From an uncultured Gemmatimonadales bacterium (GTDB taxonomy: Bacteria > Gemmatimonadota > Gemmatimonadetes > Gemmatimonadales > Gemmatimonadaceae): a DNA stretch of 64,000 nucleotides. Every line of letters begins with the position of its first letter. Within the stretch, counting starts at the first letter, position 1. Positions 9,117-20,159 of this stretch are shown piece after piece. The position numbers and the translations under genes are program-made. A model generated the notes under the pieces. The model ran no database searches, was not told the origin of the DNA, and saw nothing but the letters and a program-made list of their open reading frames with translations. Location: positions 32,001 through 96,000 of the forward strand of contig CAVPQB010000004.1 of assembly GCA_963707505.1 (NCBI GenBank), given 5' to 3'.

Positions 9117-10553
9117 ATGAGCACCGCAATCGAGTCACTCGTCAACCGTGAGTACCAGTACGGCTTCGTAAGCGACATCGAGTCCGACACCGTCGCGCCG
9201 GGTCTGAGCGAGGAAGTGGTCCGCATAATCTCCGCGAAGAAGCACGAGCCCGAGTGGTTGCTCGACTGGCGTCTCAAGGCTTATCGCCGCTGGCTCACGA
9301 TGAAGGAGCCGCACTGGCCCAACGTGAAGTATCCGCCGATCGACTACCAGGCGGCTCGCTACTACTCGGCGCCGACCAGCGTCAAGCCGCTGCAATCGCT
9401 CGATGAGGTCGACCCCGAGCTGGTGCGCACGTACGAGAAGCTGGGGATCTCGCTCAACGAGCAGAAGTTCCTCTCCGGCGTCGCGGTGGACGCAATCTTC
9501 GATTCGGTCTCCGTCGGCACGACGATGAAGGAAGAGCTCGCCGCGCACGGCGTGATCTTCTGCTCGTTCGGTGAAGCGGTGCAGGAGCATCCCGAGCTCG
9601 TTCGCAAGTATCTGGGCTCGGTCGTTCCGTACAGCGACAACTTCTTCGCGGCGCTCAATAGCGCTGTGTTCAGCGACGGATCGTTCTGCTACGTCCCCAA
9701 GGGCGTGAAGTGCCCGATGGAGCTGTCCACGTATTTCCGCATCAACGCGGCGGATACCGGTCAGTTCGAGCGCACGCTCATCATCGCTGATGAAGCCGCA
9801 TCGGTGAGCTATCTCGAAGGATGCACCGCACCCAAGCGGTCGACCAACCAGCTGCACGCCGCGGTAGTCGAGCTGGTCGCGCTGGACAACGCGACCGTCA
9901 AGTACAGCACGGTGCAGAACTGGTACGCTGGCGACGCTGAGGGCAGGGGCGGCATCTACAACTTCGTCACCAAGCGCGGCAAGGCTGCGGGCGTCAATTC
10001 AAAAATTTCGTGGACGCAGGTCGAAACGGGATCGGCGATCACGTGGAAGTATCCGAGCGTGCTGCTCGTTGGTGACAATTCGGTCGGCGAGTTCTATTCC
10101 GTCGCCGTGGTGAACAATCATCAGCAGGCGGATACGGGCACCAAGATGATCCACATCGGCCGGAATACGAAGTCGACGATCGTCTCCAAGGGAATCTCTG
10201 CAGGTCACGGCAACAACAGTTATCGTGGACGCGTACAGGTGATGCCGCGTGCGGACAATGCGCGCAACTACACGCAGTGCGATTCGATGCTCATCGGCAA
10301 TCGCTGCGGTGCGCATACCTTTCCGTACATCGAAGTCGCCAATCGCACTGCAACCGTCGAGCACGAAGCAAGCACGTCCAAGATTGGCGAGGATCAGATC
10401 TTCTACTGCAAGCAGCGCGGAATAAGCGCGGAGCAGGCGGTATCGATGATCGTGAGCGGATTCTGCCGAGAAGTTTTTCAGGAGCTGCCGATGGAATTCG
10501 CGCTCGAAGCGCAGCAGCTGCTCGGAATCACGCTCGAAGGGAGCGTTGGTTGA
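9117..10553 (+). CDS. sufB: Fe-S assembly protein SufB
   Basis: [55 protein letters not shown] upstream. Confidence 0.97.
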   Translation: MSTAIESLVNREYQYGFVSDIESDTVAPGLSEEVVRIISAKKHEPEWLLDWRLKAYRRWLTMKEPHWPNVKYPPIDYQAARYYSAPTSVKPLQSLDEVDPELVRTYEKLGISLNEQKFLSGVAVDAIFDSVSVGTTMKEELAAHGVIFCSFGEAVQEHPELVRKYLGSVVPYSDNFFAALNSAVFSDGSFCYVPKGVKCPMELSTYFRINAADTGQFERTLIIADEAASVSYLEGCTAPKRSTNQLHAAVVELVALDNATVKYSTVQNWYAGDAEGRGGIYNFVTKRGKAAGVNSKISWTQVETGSAITWKYPSVLLVGDNSVGEFYSVAVVNNHQQADTGTKMIHIGRNTKSTIVSKGISAGHGNNSYRGRVQVMPRADNARNYTQCDSMLIGNRCGAHTFPYIEVANRTATVEHEASTSKIGEDQIFYCKQRGISAEQAVSMIVSGFCREVFQELPMEFALEAQQLLGITLEGSVG

Positions 10554-10689
10554 TGGGCAGGCACGGTGGCCTGCACGTACGGGCGCGGATGCATCCGCGC
10601 CGCGCGGATTCACTCTCATCCGGGATGAGTGTTTCGTTCATCCCCTGGACGCGTCAAAGCGGGGATCCATTTTCATCAGACCTGAATAC

Positions 10690-11436
10690 ATGCTCGATAT
10701 AACGTCCCTCCGTGCCGGAATCGCCGAACGCGAGATCCTCAAGGGAATTGATCTCAACATCAAGCCCGGCGAAGTGCACGCAGTCATGGGGCCCAACGGC
10801 TCCGGAAAATCCACGCTCGCGCAGGTGCTCGCCGGCAACCCGGCATACGAAGTGCTCGGCGGCTCGGCGATCTACAGCGGCGAGCAGTTGCTGGAGATGG
10901 AACCCGAGGTGCGCGCACAGAAGGGAATATTTCTCGCGTTCCAGTATCCGGTCGAGATTCCCGGCGTCACCAACGCTTACTTCCTTCGCTCGGCGTACAA
11001 CGAGATTCGCAAGGCGCGGGGTGAGGAAGAGATCGATCCACTCGAGTTCCTCGACCTGATCGAGGAGCGCATGAAGCTCGTAGAGATGGACGCATCGATG
11101 CTCAATCGATCGGTGAATGCCGGCTTCTCCGGCGGCGAGAAGAAGCGCAACGAGATTTTGCAGATGGCTGTGCTGCAGCCGAAGCTCGCGATTCTCGACG
11201 AGACCGATTCCGGCCTCGACATCGATGCGCTGCGCATCGTGGCTGGCGGTGTGAACGCGTTGCGCCGCCCCGATAACGCGACGATCGTAGTGACGCACTA
11301 TCAGAGGTTGTTGAACTACATCGTGCCCGACTTCGTGCACGTCCTCGCCAACGGCCGCATCGTCCGGTCCGGTGGCAAGGAGCTCGCGCTGGAGCTGGAA
11401 GAGCGCGGTTACGACTGGCTGCTCGACGCGGCATGA
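10690..11436 (+). CDS. sufC: Fe-S assembly ATPase SufC
   Basis: MGPNGSGKST, FLAFQYPVEIPGV, FSGGEKKRNE, LDETDSGLDID. Confidence 0.97.
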   Translation: MLDITSLRAGIAEREILKGIDLNIKPGEVHAVMGPNGSGKSTLAQVLAGNPAYEVLGGSAIYSGEQLLEMEPEVRAQKGIFLAFQYPVEIPGVTNAYFLRSAYNEIRKARGEEEIDPLEFLDLIEERMKLVEMDASMLNRSVNAGFSGGEKKRNEILQMAVLQPKLAILDETDSGLDIDALRIVAGGVNALRRPDNATIVVTHYQRLLNYIVPDFVHVLANGRIVRSGGKELALELEERGYDWLLDAA

Positions 11437-12830
11437 CCCAGGTCATGACTGACGCCGTTCTGACGCAGGCCCCCGACTCGCCGGAAGTCGGACGCGCAGG
11501 CGCACCGATGCCCGTCGCGACGCGCGACGCGCGCGCCGCCGAATATGTGACGCTCTTCGATGAGATCGAGCGCGGTAGCGAGCCACAATGGCTCGGCGCA
11601 CAACGTCGCGCGTCGATCGAGAGCTTCGCGACGCTCGGATTCCCCACTACCAGGAACGAGGACTGGCACTTTACCAGCGTGGCCTCGCTCATCGAGCGGA
11701 CCTACGCACCCGTCGCACGGGCATCGTCGGCACTGAGCGCGCGCGACATCGAGCCGTTCCGCTTCGAAGGTGAGTGGCAGACGCTGGTATTCCTGAACGG
11801 GAACTTCGTCGCTCATCTGTCAGACATCGAGGCGAGCGCCATGCTGTACTCCGGTCCGCTGCGCGATGTGTTGTCCGACGATCGCTACGCACGCGTGATC
11901 GAGCAGCATTTTGGCGCACTCGCTGACACGCGCACGCACGCATTCACCGCGCTCAATTCGGCGTTCTCCGGCGACGGCGCATTCGTGCACGTCGCAGCGA
12001 ACACCATAGCACCGCGCAGCGTGCACCTCATCTTCGTGTCGGATGATTCCGCGGAAGGTGCGCTGGTATCGCCGCGCAACCTGATAGTGATGGAGCATCA
12101 CGCCGAGGCGACCGTGGTGGAGAGTTATGTCTCGCTCGGGAATGCGAATTATCTCACCAATGCGGCGACCGAAGCGTATGTCGCCGACGGTGCGCGGCTC
12201 AGGCACTACAAGATCCAGCGCGAGAGTCTTCGCGCATATCACATCGGGTCGTGGTATGCCAATCAGGGTCGCGATTGCGCTTACGAGGCATTCTCGTTCG
12301 CGGTCGGCGCAGATCTCTCGCGCACGAACATCGCGACGCTGCTCGACGGCGAAGGCTCGCACGTTTCGCTGGATGGTCTGTATCTCGTGAATGGCGAGCA
12401 GACCGTGGATCACCAGACCAGCGTCATTCACGCGAAGGAGAGCTGCACCAGCCATGAGCTGTACAAGGGCGTCATGGATGGCGAGTCGCACGCAGTCTTC
12501 AATGGCAAGGTGTACGTTCGGCCCGAAGCACAGAAGACCGATGGCAAGCAGAGCAACAACAATCTGCTTCTGTCGGAAGGTGCGCGCGTCGATACCAAGC
12601 CGCAGCTCGAGATCTACGCCGACGACGTCAAGTGCACGCACGGCGCGACGATCGGACCGGTTGATTCGACAGCCTTGTTCTATCTCAAGAGTCGCGGCAT
12701 TGGTCCGGAGATAGCCCTGCGGTTACTTACCTACGCGTTCGCAGCTGAAGTTCTGGAAGAGTTGACGATTCCCGCCGTGCGCGACGAGCTGGAGAAGCTG
12801 GCGTTCGAGCGATTCGCTGTGGGTGTGTAG
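11433..12830 (+). CDS. sufD: Fe-S assembly protein SufD
   Basis: GFPTTRNEDWHFT, AVFNGKVYV, DTKPQLEIYADDVKCTHGA, FYLKSRGI. Confidence 0.95.
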   Translation: MTQVMTDAVLTQAPDSPEVGRAGAPMPVATRDARAAEYVTLFDEIERGSEPQWLGAQRRASIESFATLGFPTTRNEDWHFTSVASLIERTYAPVARASSALSARDIEPFRFEGEWQTLVFLNGNFVAHLSDIEASAMLYSGPLRDVLSDDRYARVIEQHFGALADTRTHAFTALNSAFSGDGAFVHVAANTIAPRSVHLIFVSDDSAEGALVSPRNLIVMEHHAEATVVESYVSLGNANYLTNAATEAYVADGARLRHYKIQRESLRAYHIGSWYANQGRDCAYEAFSFAVGADLSRTNIATLLDGEGSHVSLDGLYLVNGEQTVDHQTSVIHAKESCTSHELYKGVMDGESHAVFNGKVYVRPEAQKTDGKQSNNNLLLSEGARVDTKPQLEIYADDVKCTHGATIGPVDSTALFYLKSRGIGPEIALRLLTYAFAAEVLEELTIPAVRDELEKLAFERFAVGV

Positions 12831-12837
12831 CGACCGC

Positions 12838-12865
12838 CGTCATCCCTGCGAAAGCGGGGATGACG
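12838..12865. repeat. CGTC-type REP hairpin; family copies at 20130-20157, 39389-39486, 44059-44087, partial 50457-50484
   Basis: cgtcatccctgcgaaagcggggatgacg and variants, mostly just after stop codons. Confidence 0.75.
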
Positions 12866-12887
12866 ACTTCCAACCCGCGACCTCGCG

Positions 12888-13397
12888 TTACCTGAGGTTC
12901 AACACCCAGTACGCCGCGCCGCCGACTATCACGACGGCGGCCAGTAAAACGAGCGGCATCATCTTCATGCCGTTCTGGGGCGGCTGAAGCTCCGGCGCGT
13001 TCGGCTGGCCGGGAAATGTCAGCGTCGGACGCTTGCCATCCACCGTGGCCGGACGCTCCACCGGGGTCGCGATCTTCATCGCGACTGGTAGCCGCTCTCG
13101 TGTGAAGATGAACTTCATCGACCCGACCAGAAACGTCGAGCCTTCGTGGAGAGGCTGCGGAGCGAGAACCGGCATCGAGTTCATCACCGTAGTGGTCGAC
13201 CCCACGGGATGCAGAACGAACGCGTCACCCTCCTGCCGGATCTCCGCGTGATGGCGCGAGACAGCCACCTCGTTCACGGTGATGTCGCACGCTGTCTCCC
13301 GCCCGATCGAGAGCGGACGATCCGCAGGGATCGGGTACGCCTTGTGCTCGTAGGCGTGAATCAGATAGGGCGTGCCCGCCGCGTTCGCTTCCGACAT
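12888..13397 (-). CDS. FHA domain membrane protein
   Basis: IGRETACDI..VSRHHAEI; C-terminal TM helix. Confidence 0.85.
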   Translation of the reverse strand: MSEANAAGTPYLIHAYEHKAYPIPADRPLSIGRETACDITVNEVAVSRHHAEIRQEGDAFVLHPVGSTTTVMNSMPVLAPQPLHEGSTFLVGSMKFIFTRERLPVAMKIATPVERPATVDGKRPTLTFPGQPNAPELQPPQNGMKMMPLVLLAAVVIVGGAAYWVLNLR

Positions 13398-13547
13398 TGT
13401 CAGTTCTGACGATTCTGGTTCTGCAAAGGGCACACCGCAGCCGGTCGGTCCGGTCTTTCTGTCGCCCTTCGCAAGTATCGTCACACGGTGACCGACCTGT
13501 CAGAATGCGATCACGCAGCCGCGATTACGGCACCCCCAGGAGCGTCA

Positions 13548-14057
13548 TCACGATGCGAACGGATTGTCCGACAGATGCTCATCGACGATGTACCAGTGTT
13601 CGCCTCGCAGCACGAAAACGGCGGTCCAGGCGCCCCCTATCACGTGCGGCAGTCCACTCGGCTGTCTGTGCGGGATTCTGTACGTCGCGGTCATTACCGC
13701 CACGCCGGGGGCAAGTACGTCGATGTGCATGGCCGTCCACTCCACGTGCGCATCGCGCATATTTTGCCCGACATTGGTCCAGAATGCCTGGATGCCCGCC
13801 CTGAGCGAATCTCGTGATGTTGTGATCCGCCCGCCGCTGGCCGACAGGATCGGTCCGGTGGGGGCGTACAGGGCCATGAGGTTCCCGGGAACGTCCCGGC
13901 GCGTGAAGTCATAGGCCGCCTCGACCTCGGACCGGATCGCCCGCTGGGCCGAAATGCGCTGGAGTGCGGTCACACCCGACGCGGCCCCGGAGCATCCCAG
14001 TCCGGCGAGTCCCGCGAGGGCCGCGAGGGCCGCGATCAGCACCAGATTTCGGGTCAT
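13548..14057 (-). CDS. NTF2/SnoaL-like (DUF4440) lipoprotein
   Basis: Lipobox LGC; GAWTAVFVLRGEHWYIVDEHLS. Confidence 0.75.
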   Translation of the reverse strand: MTRNLVLIAALAALAGLAGLGCSGAASGVTALQRISAQRAIRSEVEAAYDFTRRDVPGNLMALYAPTGPILSASGGRITTSRDSLRAGIQAFWTNVGQNMRDAHVEWTAMHIDVLAPGVAVMTATYRIPHRQPSGLPHVIGGAWTAVFVLRGEHWYIVDEHLSDNPFAS

Positions 14058-14135
14058 GAGGATGGAACCTTGGAATACACCGGGGGTTGAGTACGCGGGT
14101 AGAAATATGGTCGAAGGACGTCCGCTGGAGGACAC

Positions 14136-14738
14136 ATGCGTTACGGGTCGCTGTTTGCTTCCGCCGCGGTGCTGTTGAGCGTTGCCGCGTGCAAGGGAAA
14201 GGACGCCAGAATGAGCGATGATCTGGCGAAGGACCTGGCTACTGCCAAGACTAACGATGCTCTCGCACTCGCACCCCACGCGGGCCTGCAGACCGTCGTG
14301 TCTCCCGAGGAGCTATCGCCCCAGGGTCGCGCGAAACTTCGATCGTCCAGCAAATCGACGCGACTGGTCAGTAGTCGCGCCACGCATCGTGATGTGACGC
14401 CGTCGCCAGCTGCCGCGCTTCCACCGCTGCCTGTGGCCACAACCACATCCGAGCCTGCGGCGACCAGTGCCGATGTCGCGTCCGCGACTCCAGCCCCGGT
14501 CGATCAGCCAGCTGTCGCCACACCGCGTCCGCAACCCGTCGACGTCTCCTATCCCTCGGGTGAGTCGGGATCGACACACAGCGGCGGAGGACTCGGCGGA
14601 ATCCTCGGCGCGATCGGCGGTGCAATATTACGTGGCGGCGTGGTCGATGGCGATCACTGCGATCCTCGCGGACGTCACGGCCGCGGTGGAACTATCTTGA
14701 TCAATCAGCGCGGTCCAATCCTTCGTGGCAATTACTAG
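14136..14738 (+). CDS. Hypothetical lipoprotein
   Basis: GGAGG RBS; lipobox VAAC; low-complexity linker; VVDGDHCDP tail. Confidence 0.65.
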   Translation: MRYGSLFASAAVLLSVAACKGKDARMSDDLAKDLATAKTNDALALAPHAGLQTVVSPEELSPQGRAKLRSSSKSTRLVSSRATHRDVTPSPAAALPPLPVATTTSEPAATSADVASATPAPVDQPAVATPRPQPVDVSYPSGESGSTHSGGGLGGILGAIGGAILRGGVVDGDHCDPRGRHGRGGTILINQRGPILRGNY

Positions 14739-14755
14739 GCGAACTTAAAAACTCA

Positions 14756-15685
14756 ATGAGATCAATCCGTCCCGCGGCGATCTGTGCAATAGCGCTACTC
14801 GCCGCCGCTGCATGCAACAAGGGCGACAGCAAATCCGGCCAGGATCCTCTGGCGCAGGACTCGTCACTCTCGCGCGATCTCCAGCTCGCGAACAACGATA
14901 CGGCCGCGCAGCCGCAGCTCAAGGACGTTCCCACAACACCGCCGCCAGCGCCGCCTCGCGCCGCGGTAGTCGAGAAAAAGCGTGTCGCCGTCGCCCCGCC
15001 GCCACGTAAGCGCACGCCTGCGCCGGAGCCAAAGGCCCCAGCCGTTGCTCAGGCGGCCGCGCCGGTGACCACACCTTCTGGTAATACAGTCGTCAGGGCG
15101 CCTTCGACGGGCGGCAATAGCGAGGGAACGGTGGGCGTCGTCTCAGCCGGCACCAATCTCTCGCTCAGCTCGGGGCAACGCGTCTGCACCAACACCAACA
15201 GCGTCGGCGACCGCATAACGGCGACCCTCTCCGAAGCCGTTTCCGGATCCAACGGCGTCGTGATCCCAGCGGGCGCTACTGCTGTTCTCGAGGTCACGTC
15301 GCTCGGCCGAAGCAACCAGGCTGGTGAGAACATGAACATCGGGCTCGTGGTCCGCTCGATCACATACGGTGGCAAGACCTATCCGGTGAACGGCCAGATA
15401 GTCAGCGCCGGCGTCGAAAAGGTGAAGGCGGCCGATAACAACGACGCAACCAAGGTCGCCGGCGGTGCGGTCGTGGGTGCGATTCTCGGACACATACTGG
15501 GCGGCCGGTCCAAGACGAAGGGGACGATCATCGGCGCCGCCGGTGGTGCCGCTGCGGGCGCGGTACTGGCACACCAGACCGAGAAGTACGACGCGTGCCT
15601 GCCCAGTGGCGGACAGGTCGTCGTGAAGCTGGATTCGCCAATGTCGATTCAGAACGGCAGCGGGACGACAAGCGGCGTGATCTAG
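14756..15685 (+). CDS. Lipoprotein with glycine-zipper domain
   Basis: Lipobox AAAC; GGAVVGAILG..IIGAAGGAAAGA. Confidence 0.75.
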   Translation: MRSIRPAAICAIALLAAAACNKGDSKSGQDPLAQDSSLSRDLQLANNDTAAQPQLKDVPTTPPPAPPRAAVVEKKRVAVAPPPRKRTPAPEPKAPAVAQAAAPVTTPSGNTVVRAPSTGGNSEGTVGVVSAGTNLSLSSGQRVCTNTNSVGDRITATLSEAVSGSNGVVIPAGATAVLEVTSLGRSNQAGENMNIGLVVRSITYGGKTYPVNGQIVSAGVEKVKAADNNDATKVAGGAVVGAILGHILGGRSKTKGTIIGAAGGAAAGAVLAHQTEKYDACLPSGGQVVVKLDSPMSIQNGSGTTSGVI

Positions 15686-15858
15686 CTGCGCGTCGTCAAT
15701 CCGGAAATCGGCGACACGGCGCAGCGACATGCAAATTGATCCGCTCACGGCCGATCATTCACGCATCAAGGGCCCCGACTGTGGGGCAGGGACGCATCCC
15801 CGCCTGCCACTCGTGCAATCGGACCTGAATGAGCGCATGTAAGCCAGTCACCACCCCG

Positions 15859-16708
15859 ATGCACGGAAAGATCTGTGTCATCAGCGGAGCAAACGCGGGC
15901 ATCGGCAAGGCTGCAGCCGAGGCGCTCGCTGGACTCGGCGCGCCGGATCGTGATGATCTGCCGTGACAGAGCGAAGGGCGAGCGCGCTCTTGCGGAGATC
16001 GTGACAGCTGCGGCCAAGGGCGGACACGGAGGTAGCGCAGAGCTCACCATCGCCGATCTCTCGTCGCAATCGGACGTACGCTCCATTGCAGCGGGAATTC
16101 TGGCCGCGCATCCCAGGATCGACGTGCTGGTGAACAATGCTGGCGTCGCACTCAAGCGTCGCGAGTTGACGGTCGACGGCATCGAGCGCACATTCGCGGT
16201 GAATTATCTCGCGTATTTCATGCTTGCCAATCTTTTGCTTCCAGGATTGCGTGCTGCTGGTAGCGCCCGGATCGTCAATGTCTCATCCGGTGCGCATCAG
16301 CGTGGCAGGCTCGACTTCGACAATCTCCAGGGCGAGCGCAGCTACAGCAACATTCGCATGTATTCCGCGAGCAAGCTGGAGGACGTGATGTTCACATACG
16401 CACTTGCGCGGAGGCTCGCAGGAAGCGGCGTCACGGTGAACGCGCTGCATCCGGGGGTCGTTGCGACGGAGATATGGCGACAGGCTCCCGTTCTCGAGTT
16501 TCTGAGTCGATGGTTCATGCTCACACCGGAGAAGGGTGCGCGCCCTACGGTCTATCTCGCTGCGTCGCCTGATGTGGAAGGCGTGACGGGGCAGTACTTT
16601 GACAAGTGTGAGCCGGCGAGGACAATTGCATTGAGTCACGACGTCGCGTTGCAGGAGAGGCTGTGGACGACGAGTGTGACCCTCACGGGCGTTGGCGCAG
16701 ATATCTGA
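15859..16708 (+). CDS. SDR oxidoreductase (retinol dehydrogenase-like); frameshift near 15943
   Basis: ISGANAGIGKAAA in the upstream frame; NNAG, YSASK, ALHPG downstream. Confidence 0.85.
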
Positions 16709-16714
16709 TCGCAA

Positions 16715-17351
16715 ATGAGCAGTCGGCTTGAAGTTGCGCGCAGAAATGCGATGATGGTTGCACTCGTCGCGATGGCTGGGTGCGGTGCGAGCATACGTCC
16801 ACTGCCACCGCTGCCCGCTCCGGCACCGGAGTCATATCCATCCGGCGGAACGGCCCGGGTGCCGGCGGACGCGGACGATACATCGTACTTCGATGCCAAT
16901 CCGCTGATGGTTCCCGTGGACGGCGTTCAGCCGAGCGGTGTTTCGGACAGCTTCAATGAGCGGCGCGACAACGGCAGGACTCACCGCGCGAGCGATATTC
17001 TGGTTCCGAAAGGGTACGCGTGTCGTGGCCGCCGAATCGGGCACCATCATGCGGTTGAGCAGGAACGCGCTGGGCGGCATCACCATCTACATGATGGATG
17101 AATCGGGCCGGTTCATATTCTATTATGCGCATCTGGAAGGATACGCCGACGGACTCGTACCGAACGAGCATGTCCTGCAGGGCGAACTGCTCGGTTATGT
17201 TGGTATGACGGGAAACGCGCCAGTGCCGCATCTGCACTTTCAGGCCATGCGGCGCGATCCCGACCGGCGCGACTACTGGAACAGTCCAGCGGTCGACGTC
17301 AGAACGTTCTTTACAATTCCTGGAAAGGTGCGCGCGAGCAATGAACAGTAA
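16715..17351 (+). CDS. M23 family metallopeptidase lipoprotein; frameshift near 17013
   Basis: HRASD in frame 1; YYAHL and PHLHF in frame 2. Confidence 0.85.
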
Positions 17352-17640
17352 GGAGCGAGCGAATCTGCGCGCCGAAGCGCAGCGATTGAGTCCGCTGGTT
17401 CACGTCGGACACGGCGGCATCACCGACGCAATCGTCAAAACGATGGACGACGTGCTTCGAACTCACGAGCTCGTGAAGGTGGATATCAGCCGCAATCTGA
17501 GTGCGCCGATCAAGGAAGTCGCGGGCGCGCTCGCCGACGCGACCGGGGCTGAAGTGGTGCAGGTGATCGGCCGGAAGGCGACGTTCTTCAGGGACAATCC
17601 AGAGCTGGAATGGAAGGGGAACGTCCCGCCCTGGCGTTGA
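17341..17640 (+). CDS. yhbY: YhbY/CRM-domain RNA-binding protein
   Basis: KERANLRAEAQRLSPLVHVGHGG, HELVKV, VVQVIG. Confidence 0.9.
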   Translation: MNSKERANLRAEAQRLSPLVHVGHGGITDAIVKTMDDVLRTHELVKVDISRNLSAPIKEVAGALADATGAEVVQVIGRKATFFRDNPELEWKGNVPPWR

Positions 17641-17712
17641 AATCTGGTCCCACCGGCCTATCTTTCTTAAGATCGTCCGATCGCTCCATCGAAGGCCGAA
17701 CCAACCTGAGAA

Positions 17713-17976
17713 ATGCCCTACGTAATTACTGAAGCCTGCATCGGCGTAAAGGACCGTGCTTGCGTCGACGTCTGCCCCGTGGATTGCATCTACGAGGGCG
17801 AGAAGCAGCTATATATCCATCCGGATGAATGCATCGATTGTGGTGCATGCGAACCGGAATGCCCCGTGACGGCCATTTTCCCGGAAGAAGACGTTCCGCA
17901 GAACATGCGGCCGTACATCGCGCTCAACGCGGAAGTGTTCAAGGGGCCCAATCCACCCGGAAAGCCTCAACGCTAG
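17713..17976 (+). CDS. fdxA: Dicluster ferredoxin (FdxA-type)
   Basis: [38 protein letters not shown]. Confidence 0.92.
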   Translation: MPYVITEACIGVKDRACVDVCPVDCIYEGEKQLYIHPDECIDCGACEPECPVTAIFPEEDVPQNMRPYIALNAEVFKGPNPPGKPQR

Positions 17977-17997
17977 AGTTGCCTTTTTTCGTATTTG

Positions 17998-18020
17998 CAG
18001 GGCGCCTTCGGGCGCCTTTG
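17998..18020. terminator. cUUCGg hairpin after the ferredoxin
   Basis: cagggcgcc-ttcg-ggcgcctttg. Confidence 0.45.
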
Positions 18021-18073
18021 CTGTTCCCGGGCTCGCCGCACCATCCTCATTGCACTCCCCAATCGGAAGCCAG

Positions 18074-19318
18074 ATGAAATCGTTGCACCGCTCGGTCGCC
18101 GCTTCAGTCGTCGCTACGCTGGCAATCGTCGTCTCCGCATGCGCGACCGCGCCGGTGCGACCAGTCACGGGTGTATCGGCAGCCGGTGCCCCGCCACAGG
18201 TCGTACTCGTCTCGATGGACGGATTCCGCCGCAGCTATCTCGATACTGACTCCGTCCCGACGCTCCACGCACTCGGCCGCGATGGCGTCACGGCCCAGGC
18301 GATGATCCCATCGTTTCCGACTCTCACCTTCCCGAATCACTACACCATCGTCACCGGTCTGTATCCCGAGCATCATGGAATAGTTGGGAATAGCATTTAC
18401 GATCCCGAGTTCCGCGCGCTGTTCACGATGAGCAACGCTGCTTCCAGGGAGAGCCGCTGGTGGGGTGGCCAGCCGATCTGGGTCACGGCGGAGAAGCAGG
18501 GCGAGCGCGCCGCGTCGATGTTCTGGGTGGGATCGGAAGTAGAGATCGACAGCGTTCGACCGACGAGATGGAAACCGTTCGACGCGAAGGTTCCGTTCGA
18601 TGCGCGAGTGGATACGGTGCTTTCGTGGCTCGATCTCACCGGCGCGCAGCGTCTGTCGCTCATCACGCTGTACTTCGACGAGCCGGATCACACCGGGCAT
18701 GAGGTAGGACCGGATTCGCCGAAGACTGCCGAGGCTGCGGCGCGCGCCGATAGCGCGCTGGGCAGACTGGTGCAGGGACTACGCGCGCGTGGGATGTACG
18801 ACAAGGTGAATCTGATAGTCGTCTCCGATCACGGCATGTCGCAGCTATCACCGGATCGCGTGGTGTATCTCGACGACGTTGTGGACACGGCGTCGATCAG
18901 AATCACTTCTCTGTCACCGGATCTCATGATCACGCCGCGTGACGGCGATGCGCCCGCGCTGCTCGCCAGAATCAGGAAACTGCCGCATGTGAGCGCGTGG
19001 CTCAAGGCCGACGTTCCGGAGCGTCTGCACTACAACGAGGGTCGCCGCATCACGCCAGTCGTCGCGGTCGCGGATGACGGATGGACGATCGCGACGCACG
19101 GATCTCGGCGCGGTCCTCCGGGCGGTGCGCACGGTTACGACAACGCGAACGCGTCGATGAATGCGATATTCGTAGCGCACGGCCCTGCGTTCAGGCAGGG
19201 AGTGACGATGCAATCATTCCCGAATGTGGACGTGTACGATCTGCTTGCGAAGCTGCTTCGCTTGCAACCGGCGCCTAACGACGGATCACTGCAGCCGTTT
19301 GCCGAGGTGTTGCGCTGA
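18074..19318 (+). CDS. Nucleotide pyrophosphatase/phosphodiesterase lipoprotein
   Basis: SMDGFR, TLTFPNHYTIVTG, DEPDHTGH, SDHGM, GAHGYD. Confidence 0.92.
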   Translation: MKSLHRSVAASVVATLAIVVSACATAPVRPVTGVSAAGAPPQVVLVSMDGFRRSYLDTDSVPTLHALGRDGVTAQAMIPSFPTLTFPNHYTIVTGLYPEHHGIVGNSIYDPEFRALFTMSNAASRESRWWGGQPIWVTAEKQGERAASMFWVGSEVEIDSVRPTRWKPFDAKVPFDARVDTVLSWLDLTGAQRLSLITLYFDEPDHTGHEVGPDSPKTAEAAARADSALGRLVQGLRARGMYDKVNLIVVSDHGMSQLSPDRVVYLDDVVDTASIRITSLSPDLMITPRDGDAPALLARIRKLPHVSAWLKADVPERLHYNEGRRITPVVAVADDGWTIATHGSRRGPPGGAHGYDNANASMNAIFVAHGPAFRQGVTMQSFPNVDVYDLLAKLLRLQPAPNDGSLQPFAEVLR

Positions 19319-19333
19319 TTCGCTGATCGCGAA

Positions 19334-19996
19334 TCAGGGCATCGGCTTTCCGCCGATTCCGTAGCGGCTCTTGATCACGAAGGCGATGATGAGCACCGCG
19401 TATTGCAGAAAGGTGCTCACTTCGCTGCGCCATGCCTGCGGCCAATCGAAGTCGCCAGCTACACGCGACGCTGGCGGACGTGGAAGCCAGCGCGGCGTCG
19501 CCGACTTGTAGTCGAGATACTCGCCATCGAACGTGCTCTCCAGCACGCCTTCCTCGAATCGTACAATCAGGGAGTACTCGATCGCGAAGAGGACGATCGC
19601 TACCGGCAGAAACCAGAACACGCCGGAGATCACGGCGAAGCCCATCCAGATCAGAAAGTTTCCGTTGTAGAGCGGATTGCGGCTCCACGCGAACGGACCG
19701 TACGTGACGAGCCTGTTGACGTTACGCGAGCGCCGCCGCGTCGAAGTGCCGGCCGCAGCCACGCCCCATAGCCGCCACGCTTCACCGACCACCACGAGAG
19801 CGAGACCGATCACCCAGAGCTGCGGCGACATCGAGCCCGGCGCCACCAGGGGAATACCGAGGAAGAGGATCGGCAACCAGCCGCGATGACGGAACAATAC
19901 AGCGCCGGCGCGCGCGGCCGGCGTACGTTCCGCAGCCGAGAGCGACACCGCCGGTGCCGCCGCCTTGGTCACTACCTCTTTCTGGGGCTCGTTCAT
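19334..19996 (-). CDS. Isoprenylcysteine carboxylmethyltransferase/PEMT family protein
   Basis: LVTYGPFAWSRNPLY, EEGVL..Y..TPRWLP. Confidence 0.85.
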   Translation of the reverse strand: MNEPQKEVVTKAAAPAVSLSAAERTPAARAGAVLFRHRGWLPILFLGIPLVAPGSMSPQLWVIGLALVVVGEAWRLWGVAAAGTSTRRRSRNVNRLVTYGPFAWSRNPLYNGNFLIWMGFAVISGVFWFLPVAIVLFAIEYSLIVRFEEGVLESTFDGEYLDYKSATPRWLPRPPASRVAGDFDWPQAWRSEVSTFLQYAVLIIAFVIKSRYGIGGKPMP

Positions 19997-20088
19997 CGGC
20001 TCAATTTGCAACAAGGTCGCGCGATGCTCAACCGAGGATTTGCCAAAAATCCTGCGGCCTCCCAGTGGTGGCCGCGCCAACCGCCGGA

Positions 20089-20126
20089 AATCAAAGGGAG
20101 GCCGTTCGCACGGCCTCCCTTTGATT
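20089..20126. terminator. Strong 17-bp stem hairpin, likely terminator of the basic protein gene
   Basis: aatcaaagggaggccgt-tcgc-acggcctccctttgatt. Confidence 0.75.
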
Positions 20127-20159
20127 CTTCGTCATCTCCATGAAAGCGGGAATGACGAT

